In this document: positions 21,276 through 31,936 of the stretch, piece after piece
How positions within the stretch are numbered: the first letter of the stretch is position 1
How the letters are laid out: the number at the start of each line of letters is the position of its first letter
From: Saprospiraceae bacterium
GTDB taxonomy: Bacteria; Bacteroidota; Bacteroidia; Chitinophagales; Saprospiraceae
NCBI GenBank assembly: GCA_965277415.1
Contig: CBDICS010000033.1
Location: 628 to 64,627, forward strand
Reading direction: 5' to 3'
DNA length: 64,000 nt
Program-made: the position numbers and the translations under genes
Notes under the pieces: model-generated
The model's input: the letters and a program-made list of their open reading frames with translations, nothing else
Told to the model about the DNA's origin: nothing
Database searches by the model: none

Positions 21276-22187
21276 CTATTTTTTACTAGCATTAAACAAA
21301 AACTCCTTCTCTTCTTCAGAAAGGCTTTCGTATCCATTTTGCTTAATTTTATCAAGAATAATGTCGAGTTCTTCCTGATGGGAAGATCTAACTTCTTTTT
21401 TTGGCTTATGTTTCTTTGCTTGAGCAGCTTTTGGATTTTTATACGCAACTCTAGGACCTTGTCTTTTAGCTGAACCTAGATTATTAAATAGAGATGACAG
21501 CTTATCCATAAAATTATTGATTGGTACGGCCCAATCTCTTCCATTCCTAAGTTGTGTGGCAAACATCCATCCAAAGAATGCGCCTCCAAGATGTGCTGCA
21601 TGACCACCGGTATTATCCATTCCTCCTACACCAATTAAATCCAATAGAAGCATTATACCAACCAAGTATTTCAGCTTTACAGCTCCAATAAGCGGAAGAT
21701 GTAAAAGATAATCTGGAGCTATAACACCTGCTGCGAGGATCACTGCCATGACCGCTGCTGAAGCACCAAAGGCATAGCTAGGACTAGAAATCATAAGATT
21801 GGCGAAAAGAAAATAAATAAAAGCACCAAATAATCCGCCCATTAAGTACAGTGGTAAAATCCGCCGATCACCAATCAAATCACCTACAATCTTTCCAAAC
21901 CAGTATAACAACAACAGGTTCCATAGGATATGCATAAAGCTAACATGTAAAAACATATTCGTGACAAGCACCCAGAGGTGGGTCAAGTTAAACATCCAAT
22001 CCTTATTGATAGAAAGGTATTTAAGGATATTATCTGTTGCAAGTCCCGTTATATCTCGGCCTGCACCTGAAAACACTAATACGAGGTTGATTATTATAAA
22101 CACAGCAATATTGATCAATATGATACGAGTTATCATATTCCCTGTATTAAACTGCAATTTTAAATCGTCCCAAATAGATGCAAACAT
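21276..22187 (-). CDS. rhomboid-family intramembrane serine protease
   Basis: 303 aa. GASAAV (Ser) and HLGGAFFG (His) motifs. Charged C-terminal extension. Confidence 0.85.
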   Translation of the reverse strand: MFASIWDDLKLQFNTGNMITRIILINIAVFIIINLVLVFSGAGRDITGLATDNILKYLSINKDWMFNLTHLWVLVTNMFLHVSFMHILWNLLLLYWFGKIVGDLIGDRRILPLYLMGGLFGAFIYFLFANLMISSPSYAFGASAAVMAVILAAGVIAPDYLLHLPLIGAVKLKYLVGIMLLLDLIGVGGMDNTGGHAAHLGGAFFGWMFATQLRNGRDWAVPINNFMDKLSSLFNNLGSAKRQGPRVAYKNPKAAQAKKHKPKKEVRSSHQEELDIILDKIKQNGYESLSEEEKEFLFNASKK

Positions 22188-22327
22188 GTTTTAAATCAAA
22201 ATTAGATTGTTGTTAATATATATATTCTATTTCCTACAAATATACTTGAATTGCCTAGCAAATGTTTTAGCCTTTATAGATTTTATTTTTAAAGATAAAA
22301 AACAGCGCTTCCAGTTTTACTAGATTT

Positions 22328-23014
22328 TTAAAACCTGGATCCAAACTTTTGCCAATACATAATCATAAGAAAACCGAATACAGCTCCTCCTACGTGTGCA
22401 AAGTGAGCAATACTTTGTCCAAATATTTGAAACCCAGTGAATCCGCCTAATAAATCAAGTGCTAATAAACCTGGAATAAAATACTTGGCTGCAATAGGCA
22501 CTGGAAAAAAGATTAAAGCCAATTTTGCATTTGGGAAATTCATTCCGTAGCCAACAAGAACTCCGTATAATGCTCCAGAAGCTCCGACGACGGGAATATG
22601 TGCCAAATATCCAGGGCCTCCTAAAAAATTCATTTCAATATAAATAGAAAGAAGATGAATTAATAATGCTCCCAACCCCGTAATTAAATAAAATAATAAA
22701 AACCTTTTTGTCCCCCAAAGGCTTTCAAGAGGTGGCCCAAACATAAATAATCCAAACATATTAAAGAACAAATGCATTACCCCTCCATGCATAAACATAT
22801 GAGAGATAATTTGAAACGGCTTGAAATATTCAGATGTGGGATAAAACATAGCAAGGATATCTCTCTGCCATTCAAAGAATCGTTCACCATCTGGCCTATT
22901 TACAAGGTCTTGGAAAACATACCCTGGAATTTCGCCAAGCATCGCGGTACTTGCGATATAGACGATTACATTTATAATGATCAGGTGCTTAACAACGTCA
23001 GTAATTCTTAACAT
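22328..23014 (-). CDS. rhomboid-family intramembrane serine protease
   Basis: 228 aa with GASGALYG and HVGGAVFG motifs. Confidence 0.85.
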   Translation of the reverse strand: MLRITDVVKHLIIINVIVYIASTAMLGEIPGYVFQDLVNRPDGERFFEWQRDILAMFYPTSEYFKPFQIISHMFMHGGVMHLFFNMFGLFMFGPPLESLWGTKRFLLFYLITGLGALLIHLLSIYIEMNFLGGPGYLAHIPVVGASGALYGVLVGYGMNFPNAKLALIFFPVPIAAKYFIPGLLALDLLGGFTGFQIFGQSIAHFAHVGGAVFGFLMIMYWQKFGSRF

Positions 23015-23161
23015 GATAAATTAATTCCTTTTTTCATAAACACAGGAAACGCTAAAAAGATGAGACAAGGTCTAAAAAGTTGAAGAGAATAGCAGTCTTT
23101 TTCGACTAAATTCAAATATAACTATGTTAGATTCACTAAAAAAAGAATGCTTAGAGCATGC

Positions 23162-25015
23162 TTATACCTCAAACCGCCGGGCCAAATCTTCGAGTTCAAA
23201 GGTAATAAAACAATTTTTCCCTGCTGGATTTTTATAAGGTACACTACAGGCAAAAAGTTGGTCTATTAATTCTTGCATTTCAACAACTGTCAATTGCTGT
23301 CCTTTTTTTATAGCAGCACTTCTAGCCATAGATCTCGCTATATTGTCATGAATATCCAGTTTGAGGTCTAAATTATTTTTGTACTGTTCTAATAAGTTTT
23401 CAATGATACGTATTTCATCATAGCCTTGTGGCAAGTCAGCAGGTATACCATGAATTACAAAAGTATTATTCCCAAACTCCTGAAGATCAAACCCTAAAGC
23501 ATTGATTTGTTCACCAATAGATTTCAGTACCTCGGCATCTGCAGTAGTCACCGTGATCGTTTTTGGAAATAATTCTTTTTGAGTAAAAGATTCTTGTTCC
23601 TCAAGTGCAGCCATATATCGTTCGTATAATATTCTTTCATGAGCGGCTTGTTGATCTACCAACAAAAAGCCTGATTTAATTTGATTCACGATATATGTTC
23701 CATGAACTTGATAGGGTTCTTTTTGTTTTTTTGAAAATTCTCCTCCTATTTCCTGATCTTTATTTTCAGACCACTGACTTTCAATGGTAAGTGGTTCGGT
23801 AGAATTCTGATTGCCCTCAACTTGATCAAAATTATCTAGTCCTTCATATAATTTATCCCAATTCTTTAGATTTGAATTTTCAAGCTTCGAAGTCGGCTTT
23901 TGAAATCCTCCCGGAGCATTAGCCTTTGAACTAGCATTTGTAAAATTAGGCTCAGATTTATGATCTGAATTCGGCTTGTAAGTAGAAAAATTTCTTTCTT
24001 GATCGAAATCTAATGTCGGCGTAATACTGTATTGCCCAAGCGCATGCCTGATCGCTACTTTGAGGTAATTATATACCAATCGCTCATCATCAAATTTTAT
24101 TTCTTGTTTCGTAGGATGAACATTAATATCTATTCTTGCAGGATCAATTTCCAGAAAAACTACATATAATGGATAGGTATCTTTATTTAAAATATCCTCA
24201 TAAGCACCCATGATGGCATGATTGAGGTAACCACTCTTAATGAATCGCTGATTGACATAAAACAATTGCTCTCCTCTGGTCTTTTTTGCAAACTCAGGTT
24301 TACCAACAAAACCAGTAATTTTAAGAATATCAGTTTCTTCACTTATCGGAACTAATTTTTTGTTCCAAGTATTGCCAAATATACCTACAACTCTTTGCCG
24401 GAGGTTTCCCGTTTGAAGGTGGAAAATCTCAGAAGTATTATGATGAAGCGAGAAAAAGATATCCGCGTGTGCAATCGCTACTCTTTGAAATTCATCCAAT
24501 ATATGTCGCATTTCGACTGAGTTGGATTTCAAAAAATTACGTCTTGCAGGAACATTAAAGAAAAGGTTTTTAACAGAAATACTTGTTCCTACTGCACATT
24601 GACAAGCTTCTTGAGTTTTAACTTCTGAACCTTCTATTATGATCTGGACGCCCAATTCATCGGAATGACGCCGGGATTTCAATTCCACATGTGCAATAGC
24701 AGCAATACTAGCCATCGCTTCACCACGAAAACCCATCGTTCTAATAGCGAAAAGATCTTTAGCCTGTCGAATTTTGGAGGTTGCATGCCGTTCAAAGGAC
24801 ATTCTTGCATCTGTCTCAGACATACCACAGCCATTATCGATTATTTGTATAAGAGACTTCCCTGCGTCTTTTATAATTAACTTTATACTTGTACTACCTG
24901 CATCTATGGAGTTCTCCAGCAATTCCTTCACCACTGAAGCTGGTCGTTGAATGACCTCCCCCGCAGCAATCTGATTAGCAATGGCATCCGGTAGAAGCTG
25001 AATGATATCAGCCAT
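23162..25015 (-). CDS. mutL: DNA mismatch repair protein MutL
   Basis: 617 aa with GHKL ATPase N-terminus (QIAAGEVIQRPASVVKELLENSIDAG). Confidence 0.95.
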   Translation of the reverse strand: MADIIQLLPDAIANQIAAGEVIQRPASVVKELLENSIDAGSTSIKLIIKDAGKSLIQIIDNGCGMSETDARMSFERHATSKIRQAKDLFAIRTMGFRGEAMASIAAIAHVELKSRRHSDELGVQIIIEGSEVKTQEACQCAVGTSISVKNLFFNVPARRNFLKSNSVEMRHILDEFQRVAIAHADIFFSLHHNTSEIFHLQTGNLRQRVVGIFGNTWNKKLVPISEETDILKITGFVGKPEFAKKTRGEQLFYVNQRFIKSGYLNHAIMGAYEDILNKDTYPLYVVFLEIDPARIDINVHPTKQEIKFDDERLVYNYLKVAIRHALGQYSITPTLDFDQERNFSTYKPNSDHKSEPNFTNASSKANAPGGFQKPTSKLENSNLKNWDKLYEGLDNFDQVEGNQNSTEPLTIESQWSENKDQEIGGEFSKKQKEPYQVHGTYIVNQIKSGFLLVDQQAAHERILYERYMAALEEQESFTQKELFPKTITVTTADAEVLKSIGEQINALGFDLQEFGNNTFVIHGIPADLPQGYDEIRIIENLLEQYKNNLDLKLDIHDNIARSMARSAAIKKGQQLTVVEMQELIDQLFACSVPYKNPAGKNCFITFELEDLARRFEV

Positions 25016-25069
25016 AGTTTTTCGATTATTTAAAGCATTTTCTAAAAAAACTTCTTAATAAGGCTTAGA

Positions 25070-25390
25070 TTAATTTCCAAGGCTCTTCTCAATTAATGGC
25101 AAATATACAGTAAGAAAGTAATATGATAAAGCTACTAAGGCAACTATTATTCCTAAGAGCATAATTGTTGATCTTTTTGAAGCAGAACGGGAAGACCTTG
25201 CTTTAGAATTATAATTTCGCCTAAGGTTATTTGCAATTCTTCTTTTCACCGCTTCAGGGTCATTATTCCCCTTTCCTTGAGCTGCTTTGACTCTTTGTTC
25301 TAAGTCTTCCTTATTTACATCCCAATACCTCGGTTTATATTCAAACCGTTGATATTTTTGTTTCTTAAAAAACCCGCCAATCATTGCCAT
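25070..25390 (-). CDS. hypothetical small membrane protein
   Basis: 106 aa. Basic N-terminal part and a single C-terminal TM helix. Sits directly upstream of mutL on the same strand. Confidence 0.5.
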   Translation of the reverse strand: MAMIGGFFKKQKYQRFEYKPRYWDVNKEDLEQRVKAAQGKGNNDPEAVKRRIANNLRRNYNSKARSSRSASKRSTIMLLGIIVALVALSYYFLTVYLPLIEKSLGN

Positions 25391-25820
25391 GATATTGAAA
25401 TTTTAATTGAAGTTATTAGCTATTTATAAACAACTTCTGTTTAATAGTAAATTACGACTTCGCATGTAATAAACGAAAATAACGGTCATTTTTCTATGAT
25501 TTTTTTAAAAAACTGGATTACAAAAATGGCTTTTTAGTCCATTTTACTGCTTTATCATCTAATCGAAAAAAATAATCAGATAGTAAAAGACCATTTAGAG
25601 TATCTTAAAGGATTAGCATCCAGCCTACAAATATCAATTCAAATGACATTCTATACTCTTATGATTAAAATTCAAGCAATTATGGTGGTCTTAAAAACTA
25701 TTTTAATAAAAATATAAACAACTTTGATTTGAACTTGTTGAGCTACCATAATCGGTTTATATTTGTACTTTCAATATTTAGTAGGTATAAATAATTTCGT
25801 GTCCTTTCGAATACTGAGCA

Positions 25821-27722
25821 ATGAGCGATCAAATAAAGCACGAGTGCGGTATAGCACTTATCCGTCTACTTAAGCCTTTAGATTTTTACCAAAAAAAGTA
25901 TGGTACAACTCTTTATGGCATCAATAAACTAAGGTTGTTATTGCAGAAGATGCGTAATCGTGGACAAGACGGAGCAGGTCTGGTTACGATCAAGCTTCAT
26001 TCTAAACCTGGATCTAGATATATCAGCCGTCGCCGAAGTATTAGCTCCAATTATCTTGAAGATTTATTTCAAGGCGTCTACGAACGCTTTAGAAATATTG
26101 CCCCTGAAAACCTTCAGGATGGAAAATATATGAAGGAAAACCTTCCATATACTGGAGAATTGCTCATGGGCCATCTAAGATATGGAACACATGGGGATAA
26201 TACGATAGAAACTTGCCATCCTTTCCTGAGACAAAACAATTGGATCAGTCGAAACTTAGTACTTGCTGGGAATTTCAATCTAACTAATGTAGATGAATTA
26301 TTTACCGAGTTAGTCAGTCTCGGCCAGTATCCAAAAGAAAAATCAGATACCGTTACTATTTTAGAAAAGATTGGTCATTTCCTTGATGACGAAGTTAATC
26401 GGCTTCATACCTGGTACAAACCAGATGGTTATTCTACAGAAGAAATCAATGAATTGATTTTCGAAAATCTAGATGTTCAACGTTTATTGCGTAGAGCAAG
26501 TAAAAGATTTGATGGCGGTTTCGTAATGGGAGGAATGATAGGACATGGAGATGCTTTTATGATGAGAGATCCATCAGGTATTCGTCCTGCATTTTATTAT
26601 GCTAATGGAGACGTAGTCGTAGCAGCATCAGAACGACCTGCTATTCAAACTGCTTTTGATGTTCATATTTCGAAAGTAAAAGAGCTAAAGCCTGGTCATG
26701 TATTAATCATCAAACGGAATGGAAAAGTAAGTGAAGTTCCTTTTATTGAGCCATTAAAAAGAAATGCTTGTTCGTTTGAACGTATTTATTTTTCAAGAGG
26801 GACAGATAGAGATATTTATCTAGAGCGCAAAAAATTGGGAGAACAGTTGGTCGGAGCTGTTATGGAGGCCGTTGACAATGATTTTAAAAATACCGTTTTT
26901 TCTTTTGTACCCAATACCGCAGAATCTTCTTTTTATGGTATGATTAAAGGTGTAGAGAAAAAACTCAATGAAGTAAAGTTAGAAAAAATCAAAGCTTTAG
27001 GAGATGATCCCTTACAAAAGCCTAAACGACTAGAGAAAATTCTCAATATGTCTGCTAGAGCAGAAAAGATAGTCGTAAAGGATGTTAAAATGAGAACCTT
27101 TATTGCTGATGACTCTTCTCGTGGTGATCTCGTCTCTCATGTATATGATGTTACTTATGGTATTGTAGAGAATGAAAAAGACAACCTTGTATTAATTGAT
27201 GATTCTATAGTAAGAGGAACGACTTTACGTGATAGCATTATTAAAAGTGTTGCTCGACTTCGACCTAAAAAGATCATCATCGTCTCTTCAGCTCCTCAGA
27301 TTAGATATCCAGATTGTTATGGGATAGATATGTCTAAATTAAAAGAGTTTGTTGCTTTTAGAGCTATGGTTGAATTACTCAACGATACGAATCAAGCCCA
27401 CTTACTCGACGAAGCATATGAACGATGTAAAGCGCAAGAAGGGAAACCTAATCATGAGATCACTAATGAGTTGATCGCGCTTTATGATACTTTTACATAC
27501 GAACAGGTTTCTGATAAAATTGCTGAGATCATTACTCCTAAGGAAATCAAACCAGAAGTCAAAGTAATTTATCAGACGATTGAAGATTTGCATAAAGCTT
27601 GTCCTAATAATAAAGGTGATTGGTATTTCTCCGGTATTTATCCTACTCCAGGAGGTAACCGTGTGGTCAATCGTGCATTTATTAATTATATGGAAAAATC
27701 AGATAGGAGGGCTTACGCTTAG
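25821..27722 (+). CDS. purF: amidophosphoribosyltransferase (long Bacteroidota-type form)
   Basis: 633 aa. N-terminal nucleophile context HECGIA and PRPP-binding VLIDDSIVRGTT. Confidence 0.9.
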   Translation: MSDQIKHECGIALIRLLKPLDFYQKKYGTTLYGINKLRLLLQKMRNRGQDGAGLVTIKLHSKPGSRYISRRRSISSNYLEDLFQGVYERFRNIAPENLQDGKYMKENLPYTGELLMGHLRYGTHGDNTIETCHPFLRQNNWISRNLVLAGNFNLTNVDELFTELVSLGQYPKEKSDTVTILEKIGHFLDDEVNRLHTWYKPDGYSTEEINELIFENLDVQRLLRRASKRFDGGFVMGGMIGHGDAFMMRDPSGIRPAFYYANGDVVVAASERPAIQTAFDVHISKVKELKPGHVLIIKRNGKVSEVPFIEPLKRNACSFERIYFSRGTDRDIYLERKKLGEQLVGAVMEAVDNDFKNTVFSFVPNTAESSFYGMIKGVEKKLNEVKLEKIKALGDDPLQKPKRLEKILNMSARAEKIVVKDVKMRTFIADDSSRGDLVSHVYDVTYGIVENEKDNLVLIDDSIVRGTTLRDSIIKSVARLRPKKIIIVSSAPQIRYPDCYGIDMSKLKEFVAFRAMVELLNDTNQAHLLDEAYERCKAQEGKPNHEITNELIALYDTFTYEQVSDKIAEIITPKEIKPEVKVIYQTIEDLHKACPNNKGDWYFSGIYPTPGGNRVVNRAFINYMEKSDRRAYA

Positions 27723-27800
27723 TGATCGCTTCGCTTGTGATCGACTTTTGGTCTTGTGATTAGCCCTAATGGGCTTTGTGAGGCCTTGCTTTTAGTATCC
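27721..27800 (+). repeat. GTGAT-unit intergenic repeat, copy R2 (composite of R1-like and R3-like parts)
   Basis: Starts inside the purF stop codon. The 5' 40 nt match R1 at 38/40 and the 3' 26 nt match R3 at 24/26. Contains hairpins GATCGC/GTGATC, GACT-ttt-GGTC and AGCCC-taat-GGGCT. Confidence 0.8.
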
Positions 27801-27841
27801 TTCCAGGGATTTTCAATATACTCTCATACGCTTAGAGAATT

Positions 27842-28087
27842 TTATCGCTTATACTTTTTATAAAGATTCTCAATTGTTTTTGCAAGTTTATGATCTTTTT
27901 CAGTGACAATATTCCCTGCATCATGAGTACTGAGTTCGATGTTTACTGTATTCCATACATTACTCCAATTGGGATGATGGTCTTGTTTTTCAGCATAAAA
28001 AGCGACTTCGGTCATAAAGCTGAAAGCTTCTGCAAAATCCTTAAATGTAAAGCTTGCTTTTAGTGTCTTATTTTCTTCTGTCCACAT
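27842..28087 (-). CDS. 4a-hydroxytetrahydrobiopterin (pterin-4-alpha-carbinolamine) dehydratase
   Basis: 81 aa with the DHHPNW motif. Confidence 0.85.
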   Translation of the reverse strand: MWTEENKTLKASFTFKDFAEAFSFMTEVAFYAEKQDHHPNWSNVWNTVNIELSTHDAGNIVTEKDHKLAKTIENLYKKYKR

Positions 28088-28122
28088 GAGGAATAATTAA
28101 TTAATGGTAATAAAATCATTCA

Positions 28123-29205
28123 TTATTTAAAACTCCAATCATATTGATCCAAATTGATCAAGCCTTCTCTTAATAGTTCAATACAATTATGGATATCTTC
28201 TTTATGTGCCATCTCAATGACTTGATGAATATGTCTGGTTGGAATAGAAATGGCTCCGGTGATTGCTCCTTTCTTTCCTCCGCGTTGAATACCGGCAGTA
28301 TCTGTTCCGCCTCGTGGAAGAATCTCTGGTTGCCATTTAATGTCTTTTTTGTCAGCCAGCTCTTTTAAATACTTTACCATTCGATAATCACTAATAACTG
28401 TACTGTCCATTATTTTTATGCCTGCACCTTTTCCCAGACTCGTTACCTTTTCATGAGCAGAAGCTCCAGGGACATCAAATGCAATCGTCGTATCAAGGCC
28501 AAATCCGAAATCAGGGTCAATCAAATGACTTGAACTAAATACTCCTCGAAGTCCTATTTCTTCCTGAACAGTAAAGACACCATAGATATCATAAGGGACT
28601 ACTTTATCTTTCAATGCTTTAAAAACTTCGAGTAAAATATAAACAGAAACACGGTTATCTATAGATTTTCCATTGACACAATCTCCTAATTCAATCAATT
28701 GCCTTTCTCGCGTTACTGGATTACCAACCTCAATGACTTTATTTACTTCTTCTACAGACATTCCTGTATCAATAAAATATTCATCAATAGGAATAATCTT
28801 AGAACGCTCTTCTGGTTTCATTAAATGAATGGGCTTAGATCCCATTACGCCAATGACATCCTTTTTACCATGAATGATTACCCGTTGTGCTGTCAATGTT
28901 TTAGGATCAAAACCGCCTAATGGAATAAACCGAAGAAATCCATCATCATCTATATGAGTTATAATAAAACTGATTTCGTCCATATGTGCAGCAACCATCA
29001 CTTTCTTCCTTTCTTTCCCCTTTTTAAGGGCTATAACATTCCCCATTGGATCAGTCGAAACCTCATCTACCAGCGAACTAACTTCAGCAATAACTAATTC
29101 GCGAATCCTTTGTTCAAAGCCAGGAGCACCTGGCACTTCGCATATTTTTTTTAATAAAGGAAAGTCAATCATTATGTTTGCTTTAGTATTTTGGTCCTTT
29201 GACAA
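28123..29205 (-). CDS. M42-family metallopeptidase
   Basis: 360 aa with VMVAAHMDEI and TVQEEIGLRG motifs. The true start may be the internal Met at 29172. Confidence 0.85.
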   Translation of the reverse strand: MSKDQNTKANIMIDFPLLKKICEVPGAPGFEQRIRELVIAEVSSLVDEVSTDPMGNVIALKKGKERKKVMVAAHMDEISFIITHIDDDGFLRFIPLGGFDPKTLTAQRVIIHGKKDVIGVMGSKPIHLMKPEERSKIIPIDEYFIDTGMSVEEVNKVIEVGNPVTRERQLIELGDCVNGKSIDNRVSVYILLEVFKALKDKVVPYDIYGVFTVQEEIGLRGVFSSSHLIDPDFGFGLDTTIAFDVPGASAHEKVTSLGKGAGIKIMDSTVISDYRMVKYLKELADKKDIKWQPEILPRGGTDTAGIQRGGKKGAITGAISIPTRHIHQVIEMAHKEDIHNCIELLREGLINLDQYDWSFK

Positions 29206-29553
29206 ATCTCATGTTTGAGACAAATTATAAACAAAATCAACGCCTCTTTTAGTCGTTTTACTCTTATTTATTTATGACTTGACCATGAAATCTTTCAAAG
29301 AACATGTATTTTAACGGGACTAAACCGCGAAAGTACGAAAATATAAGCATTAACGATAAAATATAAGGAATGTTGGCTTCTTAGGCTATTTAGAAAAAAT
29401 TGAAGCCACTTCCAAGATTTAAGTTTTATGGAGAACTATCTTCCAGCAGACATCAATAATAGCCTAGGCTCTATTTTTGCAATGAACTTTCTTTCAATTT
29501 GTCGGTTTCAAATTGAAGTTGTTTAAATGAAATTATTTTAAAAGTTATAAAAG

Positions 29554-30225
29554 ATGAAAGTTATTAATTTTCTTATTGTGTTCTTATCTATAATGTCATT
29601 AGGCGCTTGTCAAACTTCAAATGCTGATAATGCAAAACAAGTAGCACTTAAAAATGCCCAACCCGTAATGGTAGAACCAACCAAAGACGGTTTAGAAAAA
29701 GCATATTTCGCTTCGGGTTGTTTCTGGTGTGTTGAAGCAGTATATGAAAGTGTAAAAGGGGTGGAAGAGTCTATTTCAGGATATTCAGGAGGACATACCG
29801 AAAACCCTACTTATGAAACATCAAATACAGGAAAAACTGGTCATGCTGAAGCAGTAGAGATAATTTACGATCCTAAAGTCGTCAATTTCGCTACTTTAGT
29901 AGATGTGTATTTTGGTTCTCAAAATATAACACAAGTAAATGGTCAAGGCCCTGATAATGGTTCTCAGTATCGTTCAATTATTTTCTATCAAAATGATGAA
30001 CAAAAAAAGATCATAGATGAAAAGGTAGCTGCGCTCAATAAACAATTAGCGCCCAAAAAAGTAGCGGCGGAAATTATGCCTTTTGAAAAATTTTGGGTCG
30101 GTGAGGATTATCACCAGAATTATGAAAGACTTCATCCTAATCAAGGGTATATCCGTGCCATCTCAATCCCTCGTTTGAAAAGATTTCAAGCAAAATTCCC
30201 TCACTTACTGAAAGAAAAGCATTAA
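29554..30225 (+). CDS. msrA: peptide-methionine (S)-S-oxide reductase, exported/lipoprotein form
   Basis: 223 aa. GCFWCVE active site. N-terminal signal with SLGAC lipobox-like site. Confidence 0.9.
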   Translation: MKVINFLIVFLSIMSLGACQTSNADNAKQVALKNAQPVMVEPTKDGLEKAYFASGCFWCVEAVYESVKGVEESISGYSGGHTENPTYETSNTGKTGHAEAVEIIYDPKVVNFATLVDVYFGSQNITQVNGQGPDNGSQYRSIIFYQNDEQKKIIDEKVAALNKQLAPKKVAAEIMPFEKFWVGEDYHQNYERLHPNQGYIRAISIPRLKRFQAKFPHLLKEKH

Positions 30226-30243
30226 ACATAGATCGTCTTTAGT

Positions 30244-30276
30244 CACTAGTCATTTGTACATTCCAAATGACTAGTG
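30244..30276 (+). terminator. 13-bp perfect hairpin downstream of msrA
   Basis: CACTAGTCATTTG-tacattc-CAAATGACTAGTG. No clear T-run follows, so terminator function is uncertain. Confidence 0.4.
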
Positions 30277-30388
30277 TCCTTGAACTTAGTACGGTTTAAA
30301 TTAAATAAGCATGCTTACTTATTTTACGATGTACTTAGACACTCTCTAAAAGAAAATCACTAAACTTGCAGGTAGATATTAATTGCAA

Positions 30389-31903
30389 ATGTCATTAATC
30401 AAAAAACTTGCGGGTGAAACGATGATCTATGGAGTCAGTAGCATACTGAGCAGATTGCTCAATTATGTAGTACTGACATTTTATCTGACTCGTGCATTCC
30501 AGCAAGGGCAATTTGGGGTAGTCTCTGACATGTATACTTATGCGGCATTATTGATGGTGATTTTTACTTATCGAATGGAGACAACCTTCTTTCGTTTTGG
30601 TAGTGAAAAGAGCAAAATGAATGCTACTTTCTCAACAGCTTCAATTTCTTTAATTGTTAGTACGGTATTTCTTGCTGGACTTTTAATGTTCTTTTCACAA
30701 GGAATTGCAACATTTCTTAAGTATCCCAATCATCCAGAATATGTCCGATGGTTCATTTTCATTTTGGCTTTTGATACTTTAGCTGCTATTCCCTTTGCAA
30801 AATTACGCCTAGAGAATCGTCCGATTCGTTTTGCGCTCATCAAAACTTTAAATATTCTAATCAATATCTTTTTCATTTTCTTTTTCTTGGAAATTTGCCC
30901 TTATCTGATTAAAAGTGGTTGGACGAGTTTGAATACGATTTACGATTCAGAAAACAGAATTACTTATATCTTCATTGCCAATTTCTTAGGCAGTCTTTTT
31001 GTGATACTTTTCTTACTGACGGAGTACCGAAAACTGCGTTTTTCATTCGATACGGATCTTTGGAAAAAGATGATGCGGTATACATTACCATTGGTAGTAG
31101 TTGGCTTAGCCGCTGCGATTAATCAACTGATTAATATCCCTTTATTAAAAAACTACCTGCCTGGAACAACTGCAAACAATTTAGCAGCGGCTGGCGTTTA
31201 TGCTGCGTCTTTTAAAGTAGCTATTTTAATGAGTCTGTTTATTCAAGCCTTTAATTATGCTGCCGAACCTTTCTTTTTTAGAAATGCTGCTCGAAAAGAT
31301 TCAAAACCTATATATGCACAAGTGGGACAAGCCTTTGCGCTCGTTGGTAGTTTGGTCTTTTTAGGCATTACGCTATATCTTGATGTTATCCAATTTTTTA
31401 TTGGTCCGAATTTTAGGGCAGGCTTACACATTGTACCTATTGTTACTTTGGCTTTTTTATTTTTAGGCTTGTATTATAATTTTTCTATTTGGTACAAACT
31501 AAGTGACAAAACGATTATTGGAGCATATATTTCTGTGGCAGGCGCAATCATTACTATTGTTTTTAATATTCTTTTGATTCCAATTTGGGGATATGTAGCT
31601 GCTGCCTGGGCGGCATTGGTTTGCTATAGTTTTATGGCAATAGCAAGCTATATTGTTGGTCAAAAATACTACCCTATCCCCTATCCTATGAGGAAGATAT
31701 TTTTATATATTATCCTTGCTGTTGGAGCTTATTATTTGAGTACGCTTCTAAGGAGTTTTTTGAACGATGAGGTCCTTTTTATAATTTCAGCAAATACTGT
31801 GATCTTATTGACTTACATTTTCATTATTTATCAAATCGAGAAAACAGTTATTCGAAATACTTTTTTCCCATCACAGAACAGAGAAGATATTTTGGATGAT
31901 TAG
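30389..31903 (+). CDS. MOP/Wzx-type polysaccharide (oligosaccharide) flippase family protein
   Basis: About 504 aa, polytopic throughout. The track starts at TTG 30383; I prefer ATG 30389 (MSLIKKLAGE). Confidence 0.7.
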   Translation: MSLIKKLAGETMIYGVSSILSRLLNYVVLTFYLTRAFQQGQFGVVSDMYTYAALLMVIFTYRMETTFFRFGSEKSKMNATFSTASISLIVSTVFLAGLLMFFSQGIATFLKYPNHPEYVRWFIFILAFDTLAAIPFAKLRLENRPIRFALIKTLNILINIFFIFFFLEICPYLIKSGWTSLNTIYDSENRITYIFIANFLGSLFVILFLLTEYRKLRFSFDTDLWKKMMRYTLPLVVVGLAAAINQLINIPLLKNYLPGTTANNLAAAGVYAASFKVAILMSLFIQAFNYAAEPFFFRNAARKDSKPIYAQVGQAFALVGSLVFLGITLYLDVIQFFIGPNFRAGLHIVPIVTLAFLFLGLYYNFSIWYKLSDKTIIGAYISVAGAIITIVFNILLIPIWGYVAAAWAALVCYSFMAIASYIVGQKYYPIPYPMRKIFLYIILAVGAYYLSTLLRSFLNDEVLFIISANTVILLTYIFIIYQIEKTVIRNTFFPSQNREDILDD

Positions 31904-31936
31904 ACTAGCTCTTCTATTCGGTTCTATTTAACATCT

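Noticed and set aside
25391-25820. A possible purine riboswitch or other leader in the 430-bp spacer upstream of purF.
   Set aside because: I could not find the conserved purine-riboswitch junction or loop sequences or any strong hairpin. Only a TATATTTG -7-type box at 25757..25764 is visible.
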